64,000 nt of DNA from an uncultured virus (IMG/VR IMGVR_UViG_3300002092_000003). Lineage: Duplodnaviria > Heunggongvirae > Uroviricota > Caudoviricetes. How positions within the stretch are numbered: position 1 is the first letter of the stretch; each line of letters starts with the position of its first letter. This document shows, piece after piece, positions 47,523-55,075 of the stretch. The stretch lies in the IMG/VR virus record IMGVR_UViG_3300002092_000003, positions 1 through 64,000 of that record. One strand, 5' to 3'. The position numbers were made by a program, and so were the translations under genes. The notes beneath the pieces were generated by a model that was given only the letters and a program-made list of their open reading frames with translations, had not been told where the DNA came from and did not search any database.

Positions 47523-47993
47523 CTATGTTGAGAGGATGCCTGTACCACGGAATTTTAGTAAACCTCCGTAGTTAGCTCCTGCAAAATTAGTTGATGTATA
47601 ATTTACTTGACCGCCAGTAGTGATCGTTAGCGATATACCAGCATTGCCGATACCATCTTGCTGTAGGAGCCATCCGCTTCCTCCAGTGAATAAGCCTACA
47701 AGATTGATTTCTTCTGACATCTCAGATCCAGTTACCGATCTATATACAGAGCATGTTGCTGTAAAAGAGCGCACTGTTCCGGGATCAAAGAAAAAGCCGG
47801 AGATTGCAGTAGGAGAGCTTATGTTGTTGCTGATGATAGCTGATGTTTCGAGAATGTCGGAGGGACCTGCAAGGGAATTGAGGACGTTGGTTACTTCTGT
47901 AGCCCAGTCTGTAACGGGCTGTCCCCACGGACTTTGCTCTCCCTGTTCGGGAAATTCAAAAGGGGTATTATTTATAGTAAGTGTAATTGCCAT
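47523..47993 (-). CDS. virion structural protein
   Basis: C-terminal domain paralogous to the C-terminus of 40809..43358. Confidence 0.7.
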   Translation of the reverse strand: MAITLTINNTPFEFPEQGEQSPWGQPVTDWATEVTNVLNSLAGPSDILETSAIISNNISSPTAISGFFFDPGTVRSFTATCSVYRSVTGSEMSEEINLVGLFTGGSGWLLQQDGIGNAGISLTITTGGQVNYTSTNFAGANYGGLLKFRGTGILST

Positions 47994-48014
47994 GAAGTCT
48001 CCTATGTCTACATA

Positions 48015-48024
48015 TATTTGTTAA
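48015..48024 (-). promoter_or_regulatory. putative phage late promoter
   Basis: TTAACAAATA-TATG-TAG. Confidence 0.7.
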
Positions 48025-48061
48025 TATGAGGATTTAGGAGGGGGAACGTGATTACAGGAGG

Positions 48062-48646
48062 TTATCTTTTAATTATCGTTTTGTATAGATTTTTGTATTT
48101 TTTGCATGAGTTAATAAAAATATACCTATGTTTAATTGGTCGTTCCCGTTCTTGAAGATTTTCTCCGTGTCTTTGCTTTAAAGACGCTACTGTTTCATTT
48201 TTAAATAAAGATGAGCTGTGTATATTTGGAGTGGAAACTAAGAACCATTCCTTTTTTTTGGAGGTTAATCCTAAATATTCAAAATTAGCAGCTTTATATA
48301 TAATCCCTCTATGTCCTTGAGATGTATCTGCGTAGGATACTACTATAGATGGCTTAGGTAGTAACTTTAAACTTTTAGCTATTAAATATGATGCGGTATT
48401 TTTAGTATTGTTTTTTAGATACAACCTATTTAGTTCTAGCACCAAAGATTCATACCCCGGCTGCACAAATGATTTTGCTATATTTGGGCTAGAAGGTATT
48501 CCATATGTTACAAATCCTGCTAATTGATTATTCTGAAATAATCCAAAAGCATAGCTCACCGAGCATTTTCGGCGAAGATAATGATTTTCTAACATCAAGG
48601 GAAGGTAATCTTCTTTATTGATCTTTTTCACTGAAAAGCCAATCAT
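48062..48646 (-). CDS. Mom-like DNA modification protein (GNAT fold)
   Basis: ENHYL, VLELNRL, VSYAD..QGHRGIIYKAANF pattern of Mu Mom-like proteins. Confidence 0.75.
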   Translation of the reverse strand: MIGFSVKKINKEDYLPLMLENHYLRRKCSVSYAFGLFQNNQLAGFVTYGIPSSPNIAKSFVQPGYESLVLELNRLYLKNNTKNTASYLIAKSLKLLPKPSIVVSYADTSQGHRGIIYKAANFEYLGLTSKKKEWFLVSTPNIHSSSLFKNETVASLKQRHGENLQERERPIKHRYIFINSCKKYKNLYKTIIKR

Positions 48647-49358
48647 TCAATTCCTCCTCATCTTCTTTATTTGATTTTCTAATATTATCAGCTCCCCATA
48701 GAGCTTGTAAATTTGTGTAATGACATCTTTCATACATCTGTTCTTCAGTCTTAGCATTACTTAATGGTTTTTTATGATCAATATGCCATCCACTTCCGTA
48801 GTTTTCCCACGACATTCCTGAGGTAAAAGTAGATTCTAAATGCTCCATTAAAGTAATTTTGTCGCATCCGATATACTCTGCGAAATGCGTAGTCTTTTTC
48901 CAATCTTTAAATTTAAGGGCGTACCAAAGCCTGTTTCTTAAATTGCGTATAATTCTAAACTTCCAATCAGTTTTAATCTTGTGTTTATTTCTAGCTATAC
49001 TTTTTTTAATAATTATATCTTTGTTCTGTTCGTAATATTTCATTGCTCTAATTTTAACATATTCTTTGTTTACTTGATATCTTGCTGATGTTCTTATTTT
49101 TCGACAAGGTTTACAGATCGCGGAAAGTCCAGATGGATTATTTTTATCTTTATGAAAATGTAAAGATCCTTTTATCTCTCCGCAATCACAACAAGATTTT
49201 TCGGATACACAAACTACATTAGATACCATAGATCTTCTTTCTTTCTTTTTTGATTCGGAGCAAACTTTACAGCTATTGCGTAAACCGTCTATTTTATGTT
49301 TGTCTTTGTAGAATTCTAAATGTGATTTGTCTTGGTGACATTGATTACACGTCTTCAT
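48615..49358 (-). CDS. HNH homing endonuclease
   Basis: tandem CxxC ribbons; GMSWENYG.GWHIDHKKP...HYTNLQALW..DN. Confidence 0.88.
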   Translation of the reverse strand: MKTCNQCHQDKSHLEFYKDKHKIDGLRNSCKVCSESKKKERRSMVSNVVCVSEKSCCDCGEIKGSLHFHKDKNNPSGLSAICKPCRKIRTSARYQVNKEYVKIRAMKYYEQNKDIIIKKSIARNKHKIKTDWKFRIIRNLRNRLWYALKFKDWKKTTHFAEYIGCDKITLMEHLESTFTSGMSWENYGSGWHIDHKKPLSNAKTEEQMYERCHYTNLQALWGADNIRKSNKEDEEELNDWLFSEKDQ

Positions 49359-49364
49359 GTATTT

Positions 49365-49393
49365 AGTATATCAGAGCTTTGCAGAAAAGTCAA
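49365..49393 (-). promoter_or_regulatory. sigma70-type promoter for the HNH-Mom pair
   Basis: TTGACT-17 nt-TATACT with extended TG, ending 6 nt before the ATG (near-leaderless). Confidence 0.65.
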
Positions 49394-49435
49394 GGAAAGG
49401 TATAGTATTAATTCCGTTTTATTTATGGAAGGGAG

Positions 49436-49464
49436 AAAAAAGGGAAGGCATTACACCTTCCCTT
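49436..49464 (-). terminator. intrinsic terminator after the major capsid gene
   Basis: AAGGGAAGGT-GTAA-TGCCTTCCCTT then TTTT on the - strand. Confidence 0.85.
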
Positions 49465-49478
49465 AAATTAATTTTTAA

Positions 49479-50535
49479 TTAATTTACAATTCCAGTGATG
49501 ATAACTTGTTTACCCGGTGCTTTACAGAAAAGCGACTGGTTAGAGTAACATCTAAGTTCGAATCCTGCGTTGTTTTCTAACTCGCGGAAAAATTCATCAG
49601 ATTTTCCTGGCTGTTTAAATGTAATATCTGTACTTCCAATGCGTTGGAAATCATCTGGAGAAATCAAGAATGCATGTCCTTCTTTTACGAAAATAGAAGA
49701 ATGGATTTCGATTTTACCGTTTTGAGAATGGAACTCGATAGATTCGCTACCGTTTACCATTTCGTCTTTTTTGTATGAGCTGTCAAATCTGCGGTTAGCA
49801 GCCATGTCAGTCATTAAATCAGACCATGTTCTTGGGTTAACGAAAGCTACTACAGAAGTTTCCAAACCTTTTTCTACAGCTGCAGCAAGTGCAAGCGATA
49901 CTTTAGGGAATGTTAAAGCTCCAGCAGCTCCGAAAGTGTTACCTTTCCATAAAGAGTATTGAGAAGCAGAGATACCAAACAACGAACTTGCATTCGTAAT
50001 GATTTTGTATAGTCCCGGCATTTCTTTACCTTGAGCACCATAGTGGTAAATTACGTCTGTAGCAATTGTTCCAGCTGGTAAGCTGTCAACAGTTACAGTT
50101 CTAGCTGACATATCTACGCTTACAACTTTACAGTCACCGCGAAGAGTTGAGCTAGTTGCATCGTAAATTTCAAGTCTCATGTTTTCAGATCCAACCCAAA
50201 TTCCCGGTGCCCATTCAGCAGTTGTGATAGTAAGAACGTTTGCAGCTGTTGATGCAATAGTTCCGTATCCTGATTGACCGTAGAAAAGAGCGATTTCTAC
50301 TTTACGAACGATTGATTTCATCATGTTCGCAACAAGAAATTTAGTTCCATCTTCGAAAGCCTTATCGCCGCCGCCAAGAGAGGCGTATGCAGCATCGTAT
50401 GCCATTACTGAACGCAATAGCATTTGGAATCCGCGTACTTGAGCATTCTTAATTTGTCCAGTGATTGGAGCGTTAAGAGCGAAAGCACCTTCATCTTCTG
50501 CAGCGAAAGTAATACCGTGTTCTAAGCCTAAAACT
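49479..50535 (-). CDS. major capsid protein, exon 2
   Basis: continues exon 1 in frame (QPV-VLGLEHGITF...); abundant-protein codon usage; between scaffold and a terminator. Confidence 0.85.
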
Positions 50536-51425
50536 CAATTAATTTTGTTGTTACCATTCTCTTTCGAGAAACGGGAGAAACTCTTCGGATTCTCCTCTCT
50601 ACCTTCGTATATACGTAGAGTTCAGACTGTCGCTTCACCTTTCGGTGTCTTTTCACTCAGTCGTTCACGGTCTAGATTATATCGTGCTATTAGAAGATCA
50701 TTAACTAGCGTTAAATTAATGTTTCTCCAATCACTGTGATGTCCAATTTTGAAATGACAACTTTCGCAAAATAGCTTTAAGTTATCTACATCAAAAAATG
50801 CATCTGGATATAACGCTAAAGGTAAGATATGGTGAAGTTCTAAATTATTTAAACTTTCACAATTTTCACACTTGTTATTTCTATGTTTTCTAACAAGAGC
50901 TTTTAAAGATTGCCATTTTGAAGATCCGTAGACAACATTTCTATCAACTACTTTAATTTCTTCTTTTAATTGTTCTGACAATCTTTTAACATATCCTCGG
51001 TTTCTAATAGAAGCAGCTTCTGACTGAGAAGTTAAAATCCCTTCTTCTTTCAAAACTAGCATTAGTTTATATCTACTTATCCCTAACTTTTCGCTAGTTC
51101 TATATGTAGATTGTGTTTCTTTATACACTCTAATGATTTCTTCTAATGGATGTGTTAATTCCTTTTTTCGTTTTTTACCATTTGCAACCTTATGCAATGA
51201 TTGTGTTCTTCTAATTCCAGCATCATCTATAATAGAATTTACAACGTCAATTTTAATACCTAAATCTCTAGCTATTAGAGTTGGTGTTTTATTTTCTTGT
51301 TGATATTTTTCTATTATTAAATGTTTCATATATTTCAAGTTCCGCCCTGTTTCCCTAAAATAAGCTTACCATATTAGGGGTTCCAAGTCAATCAGAAAAG
51401 ATTTTAAACCAGCAGTTGTTACTTT
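50536..51425 (-). mobile_element. group I intron (890 nt) in the major capsid gene
   Basis: 5' exon ends in U, intron ends in G; P1 ACCGGU/GCUGGU, P3 UCUUUUC/GAAAAGA, P7 GACUG/CAGUC, P8 CACC-GAAA-GGUG. Confidence 0.92.
50622..51338 (-). CDS. intron-encoded HNH endonuclease
   Basis: CENC...LELHHILP...NLKLFCESCH; N-terminal HTH-like repeats; stop lies in the intron S element. Confidence 0.85.
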   Translation of the reverse strand: MKYMKHLIIEKYQQENKTPTLIARDLGIKIDVVNSIIDDAGIRRTQSLHKVANGKKRKKELTHPLEEIIRVYKETQSTYRTSEKLGISRYKLMLVLKEEGILTSQSEAASIRNRGYVKRLSEQLKEEIKVVDRNVVYGSSKWQSLKALVRKHRNNKCENCESLNNLELHHILPLALYPDAFFDVDNLKLFCESCHFKIGHHSDWRNINLTLVNDLLIARYNLDRERLSEKTPKGEATV

Positions 51426-51583
51426 ACCGGTTGATTATAGAAATTTCCCGGTTGTTTTTGCTTTTGAGCAAATTTGATAATGTTGTAAAGTTTAACACCT
51501 TCTGGTATTAAATGTTCTAGTTTGTCGGCGTAAACTTCTTTAAAAAGACCGTTTAGTGACGAGAGATTGTTAGCTGTTGACAT
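51426..51583 (-). CDS. major capsid protein, exon 1 (not in ORF track)
   Basis: MSTANNLSSLNGLFKEVYAD...GNFYNQP+GT; AAGGA SD; spliced product 404 aa. Confidence 0.85.
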
Positions 51584-51630
51584 TTGTCATTTCCTTTTGT
51601 TTGGTTTCCTTAGAAACCGTTTTTTGTTAA

Positions 51631-52047
51631 TTACTTTTTAGTATAACTGATTAATAGTTCGCATTCAGAAGTGTTAGCTCCTGTAAGGTCTGCTGCTGAA
51701 TCGATATCTACAACGATATAACCGTTTGATAAAGATACTGCTGCTGTTTGTGTAGATGTAATATTAACTACGTCTACTTTGTGTACTTTTCCAACTACTC
51801 CGATAGCTGCAAGATCAAGTACAACTGAGTACAAGCCTGTTGCGTCTACTGGTGATACAGTAGTTACTCCTGCTGGAGCTGCTGTTTGACCAGCTGCTAC
51901 TACAATAACTACACCGGGAAGATCCGATGAAGATACTTTTGAAGCTGCGGTTGCATTTCCTACGATTTTTACTCGAATAGGAAGAATGACTGTTTTAAGA
52001 ATTCGGTCTTGTAGAGCCGAATCTTTTTCTAATAGTGAAGATGCCAT
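51631..52047 (-). CDS. putative capsid decoration/accessory protein
   Basis: AGGAG SD; between scaffold and capsid; A/V/T-rich. Confidence 0.55.
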   Translation of the reverse strand: MASSLLEKDSALQDRILKTVILPIRVKIVGNATAASKVSSSDLPGVVIVVAAGQTAAPAGVTTVSPVDATGLYSVVLDLAAIGVVGKVHKVDVVNITSTQTAAVSLSNGYIVVDIDSAADLTGANTSECELLISYTKK

Positions 52048-52170
52048 TGTTAGTCTCCTGTGACTGTTTTTTATTAAAGAGAAAATATTACTAGAATCAG
52101 TCTCTGTCTTTCGGTATCTCGTGGGCATGTAGCTTGCACAAAAGCCTCAAAATGTACATTCATCTATGTA

Positions 52171-52180
52171 TATTTGTTAA
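52171..52180 (-). promoter_or_regulatory. putative phage late promoter
   Basis: TTAACAAATA-TACA-TAG. Confidence 0.7.
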
Positions 52181-52200
52181 AAAGGCGGTTTCCCGCCCGT
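52179..52200 (-). terminator. intrinsic terminator after the scaffold gene
   Basis: GGCGG-GAAA-CCGCC then TTTTT on the - strand. Confidence 0.75.
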
Positions 52201-52232
52201 TAAAACGAAGTTTTACTTGCAGTATTCTGCGA

Positions 52233-53138
52233 TTACCAAGCTCCTTTAAAGAAATCTGATGCCTTTTGACGCTCAACTGGCTTAGATTCTACCTTTTTAG
52301 AGCCTGTATCCGCCACCTTAACTGCATTAAGTTGTTGTTTTTTCATGCTACTAAGGTAATTTGTGCGTATTTTCTTTACTCTATCGCGAGAAATCAAATC
52401 TTCTACTAAATCATCTGGTAATTTTGATAACATATCACGCATATCGTCAATATACTGTTTCTTAACGATAGGAATAAGCTCTTTCATGTCGATATCAATG
52501 CCGTTTGTGAAAGCAATATATGCTAAATCTGCCATTTTCTGTGTAATGTAATTTGACTTCGGAAGTTCTCCGATTTCAATAGCTTCCATGATCTCTTTTT
52601 CGATTTGTACTGCAGCATCGGCTTGTAGCCTCTCAAATTCCATTTTTTGTTTCGCCGTTTCATTAGCTTTCTTTTCAGTTTGTAGCTTCATTAATTCCGC
52701 TCTAGCCGCTTCTAACTCTAGTTGTTCTGGAGACTTAGCTTCGATATCTAACTCATTATTTAAAATAGCTTCAGCTAATTGTCTGCGTTGTTCTCTTGAG
52801 ATATTTAAGTCGGGATTAGATAATATAGACATTGGATCTGATTGTAGCTTTTGAAAGAATTGATCAACAGTTTTCTCATACTCTTTTAGCTGTTTTTCGC
52901 TTGCTGCTTTACCTTGAAATGCTTCATTTGCAGCTTTTTCCATTTGTAAAGCTTTTTGTATTCTTGCTTTATCATTTAGATTTACGCTTTCTTTTACAGT
53001 CTTTCCATTTACTTTTAACTCAAACTCCTGAAGCATTTCTGCTAAAGCTTGGGCTGCAGGTTCCGTTGCTGGGGTAGATGAGATGTCTGCTGATTCGTCG
53101 GAAATTGCCGACTCAATGTTTTCATTTTCTTCTGACAT
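52233..53138 (-). CDS. putative capsid scaffolding protein
   Basis: acidic N-terminus, FELKVNGK, coiled coil; between portal and capsid; start placed at ATG 53138 after AAGGAG. Confidence 0.7.
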   Translation of the reverse strand: MSEENENIESAISDESADISSTPATEPAAQALAEMLQEFELKVNGKTVKESVNLNDKARIQKALQMEKAANEAFQGKAASEKQLKEYEKTVDQFFQKLQSDPMSILSNPDLNISREQRRQLAEAILNNELDIEAKSPEQLELEAARAELMKLQTEKKANETAKQKMEFERLQADAAVQIEKEIMEAIEIGELPKSNYITQKMADLAYIAFTNGIDIDMKELIPIVKKQYIDDMRDMLSKLPDDLVEDLISRDRVKKIRTNYLSSMKKQQLNAVKVADTGSKKVESKPVERQKASDFFKGAW

Positions 53139-53228
53139 AGTAACTCCTTGATAATCCGCCGTTTTATTCTTCTTGAAATAAATAGGCATCATATTAGCTA
53201 TCTCGTAATTGAGGTAAGCACTTAATAC

Positions 53229-53238
53229 TATTTGTTAA
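53229..53238 (-). promoter_or_regulatory. putative phage late promoter
   Basis: TTAACAAATA-GTAT-TAA (variant). Confidence 0.6.
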
Positions 53239-53249
53239 AGTGATCATAT

Positions 53250-53278
53250 TTGACTTTTTAAACAAGAGGGTATATACT
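53250..53278 (+). promoter_or_regulatory. sigma70-type promoter
   Basis: TTGACT-17 nt-TATACT directly before 53289. Confidence 0.65.
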
Positions 53279-53288
53279 ATTCCTAGAG

Positions 53289-53714
53289 GTGCTTATGTTA
53301 TACTATTCGCAAGCAATACAGAAACAACAGACATTATCAATAATTAAATACATGGAATCTAATAATGGGAAGAATACTAATCACGCTAGCTCTGCATTTG
53401 GACTCTATGGCATTAAACCTACAACAGCTTTGGAACTCGGCTATCACATCACTAAAAAAAATGAAACTGAAGTAGCTAATAAGCTCTACGATAAGCTTTC
53501 AGTTATTGCACAAGGCAATACTTCTGCTATTGTTTATGGATGGTTAAAAGGCGCTAATGGACTTAGAAGGCAGTATAATAAACCTCTATATTATCGCCCT
53601 ATAGAAAGTCATTGGCATGTAAAAAAATACAATAAATACCTTTCTGAATACCAAAGATTTTTATTTGATACTACGACAATGTTAGCTAGGATTTCCACTC
53701 AACATTTGCCCTAA
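53289..53714 (+). CDS. lytic transglycosylase (SLT-like) protein
   Basis: IKYMES catalytic Glu, SAFGLYGIKPTTA, AIVYGWLKG. Confidence 0.65.
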   Translation: MLMLYYSQAIQKQQTLSIIKYMESNNGKNTNHASSAFGLYGIKPTTALELGYHITKKNETEVANKLYDKLSVIAQGNTSAIVYGWLKGANGLRRQYNKPLYYRPIESHWHVKKYNKYLSEYQRFLFDTTTMLARISTQHLP

Positions 53715-54260
53715 TTTAGCAAACTTAAGCTTTTTAGTTTCATCGTCTTCAGGTTCGGTTGGTGTTTTGTATTGGTCAAAATTAAATTGAGGTTTATCAG
53801 CAACTTCATCGCTTCCTTTGCCTAATTCTGGTGAGTTCATTGCAAATTTTGCTAAACCTACTCCGGGAACAAAATCAGAAGCAACATCTGCAGCTTCCAT
53901 TCCAGCTTCTCCGAGTTTTCCCTCATTAGCACTCTTTGCTACATGGAGTCCGCCTAATGCAGCAGCTCCTAATCCGAGCATTGGCATTAATTTAGCGAAT
54001 CCTCCCGCATTTTGTACTAGTGACAACGGATTTATCCCTGATGCACCTTCTACTTCAGATGCTGCCTTTGGTATAACTGCACCGCCTTCTTTAATTATAT
54101 TAGCTCCGTCAGTTAAATCGCTTATAGGCAATCCTTTTGGAGTTATGCCGCGACCTTCAGCTATGTTTCTAGCTACATTAGCTTCTCTTCCTTCTAGTAT
54201 TTTTGCATATTTTGCTTTATCTCTTGCGATTTGGCGGTCTTCCATTAAGCTCATTATCAT
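53682..54260 (-). CDS. putative internal virion protein
   Basis: Gly-zipper segment shared with 54257..55075; ends KFAKLGQML. Confidence 0.6.
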   Translation of the reverse strand: MIMSLMEDRQIARDKAKYAKILEGREANVARNIAEGRGITPKGLPISDLTDGANIIKEGGAVIPKAASEVEGASGINPLSLVQNAGGFAKLMPMLGLGAAALGGLHVAKSANEGKLGEAGMEAADVASDFVPGVGLAKFAMNSPELGKGSDEVADKPQFNFDQYKTPTEPEDDETKKLKFAKLGQMLSGNPS

Positions 54261-55075
54261 TTCCCCAATAATTGTTTTAATTTATCAAATTTATCTGGCG
54301 TATCTTCGTTTTGCTGTATAGCTGAGTCTTCTGTATCTAATCCTATTGGTAATGCTGAAAGTCTATCTTGTGTAGTAGCCTGTGCTGCATCATCTGGGTT
54401 CAACTTAAGTCTATCGCGTATTGTGCTTGCTGCTCCTGCGATTCCTGTAGGATCTATCATTGCTCCTGCATCCATTAATCCACCGGGAATATCTCCTGCC
54501 ATAGCTTTTTGTCCAGCACCTAATGCTAGTGCTCCGGCTCCCAAAGCTCCTAGTCCTAACTTTCCACCTGATAATAGTTTTTGTAAGGCTTCTTTTTCAA
54601 AAAATCCACCTTCATGATGTTGTCCGAAAGCTTTCAATGCATTTTCTAATCCTTCTCCTTTAAGCGTATCTGATACTTCACTAAGAGGTTGAGAAGATGT
54701 TGCTCCCTTAGTTAATACGTCGTCAGCATGACCTAATTCATGTAATCGAGTTCCCATTTGTCTATTGGGAATTTCTAAATTACTTGGAGGTAGATAAATT
54801 TTGTTCTCATTTAAATTATATCGTCCAGCTATTTCAGATGGAAGTTTTGTGTGTTCTATTGGAACTTGCGATAGTATATCTTTGTTTTGAAAAGCATTTA
54901 AAGGATTATCATAATTTTCACGAACATGCTGCCCAAGCATAGTGCCCAGTTCATTGCGAATTGCCATGGGATCTCTATTACGTAATAGGTCAGCAACAGC
55001 TTCGTCATCGCCAATTCCTAATGCTTTCCCAAGATCTGAAAATAATGCTTGTCTTTTTTTAGGTATTTCACTCAT
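54257..55075 (-). CDS. putative internal virion protein with HEXXH metallopeptidase-like motif
   Basis: AGRYN...IYL...RLHELGHAD; Gly zipper; ends KFDKLKQLLGK. Confidence 0.6.
   Translation of the reverse strand: MSEIPKKRQALFSDLGKALGIGDDEAVADLLRNRDPMAIRNELGTMLGQHVRENYDNPLNAFQNKDILSQVPIEHTKLPSEIAGRYNLNENKIYLPPSNLEIPNRQMGTRLHELGHADDVLTKGATSSQPLSEVSDTLKGEGLENALKAFGQHHEGGFFEKEALQKLLSGGKLGLGALGAGALALGAGQKAMAGDIPGGLMDAGAMIDPTGIAGAASTIRDRLKLNPDDAAQATTQDRLSALPIGLDTEDSAIQQNEDTPDKFDKLKQLLGK

Noticed and set aside
22851..47531. Many + strand ORFs antisense to virion genes (e.g. 28114..28935, 46596..47018)
   Set aside because: Shadow frames of Ala/Gly/Thr-rich genes, with no motifs and no convincing SD noticed.
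49479..50423. 314-aa ORF as the complete capsid gene, or a frameshifted pseudogene
   Set aside because: It is the 3' exon; the intron model restores a 404-aa frame exactly.
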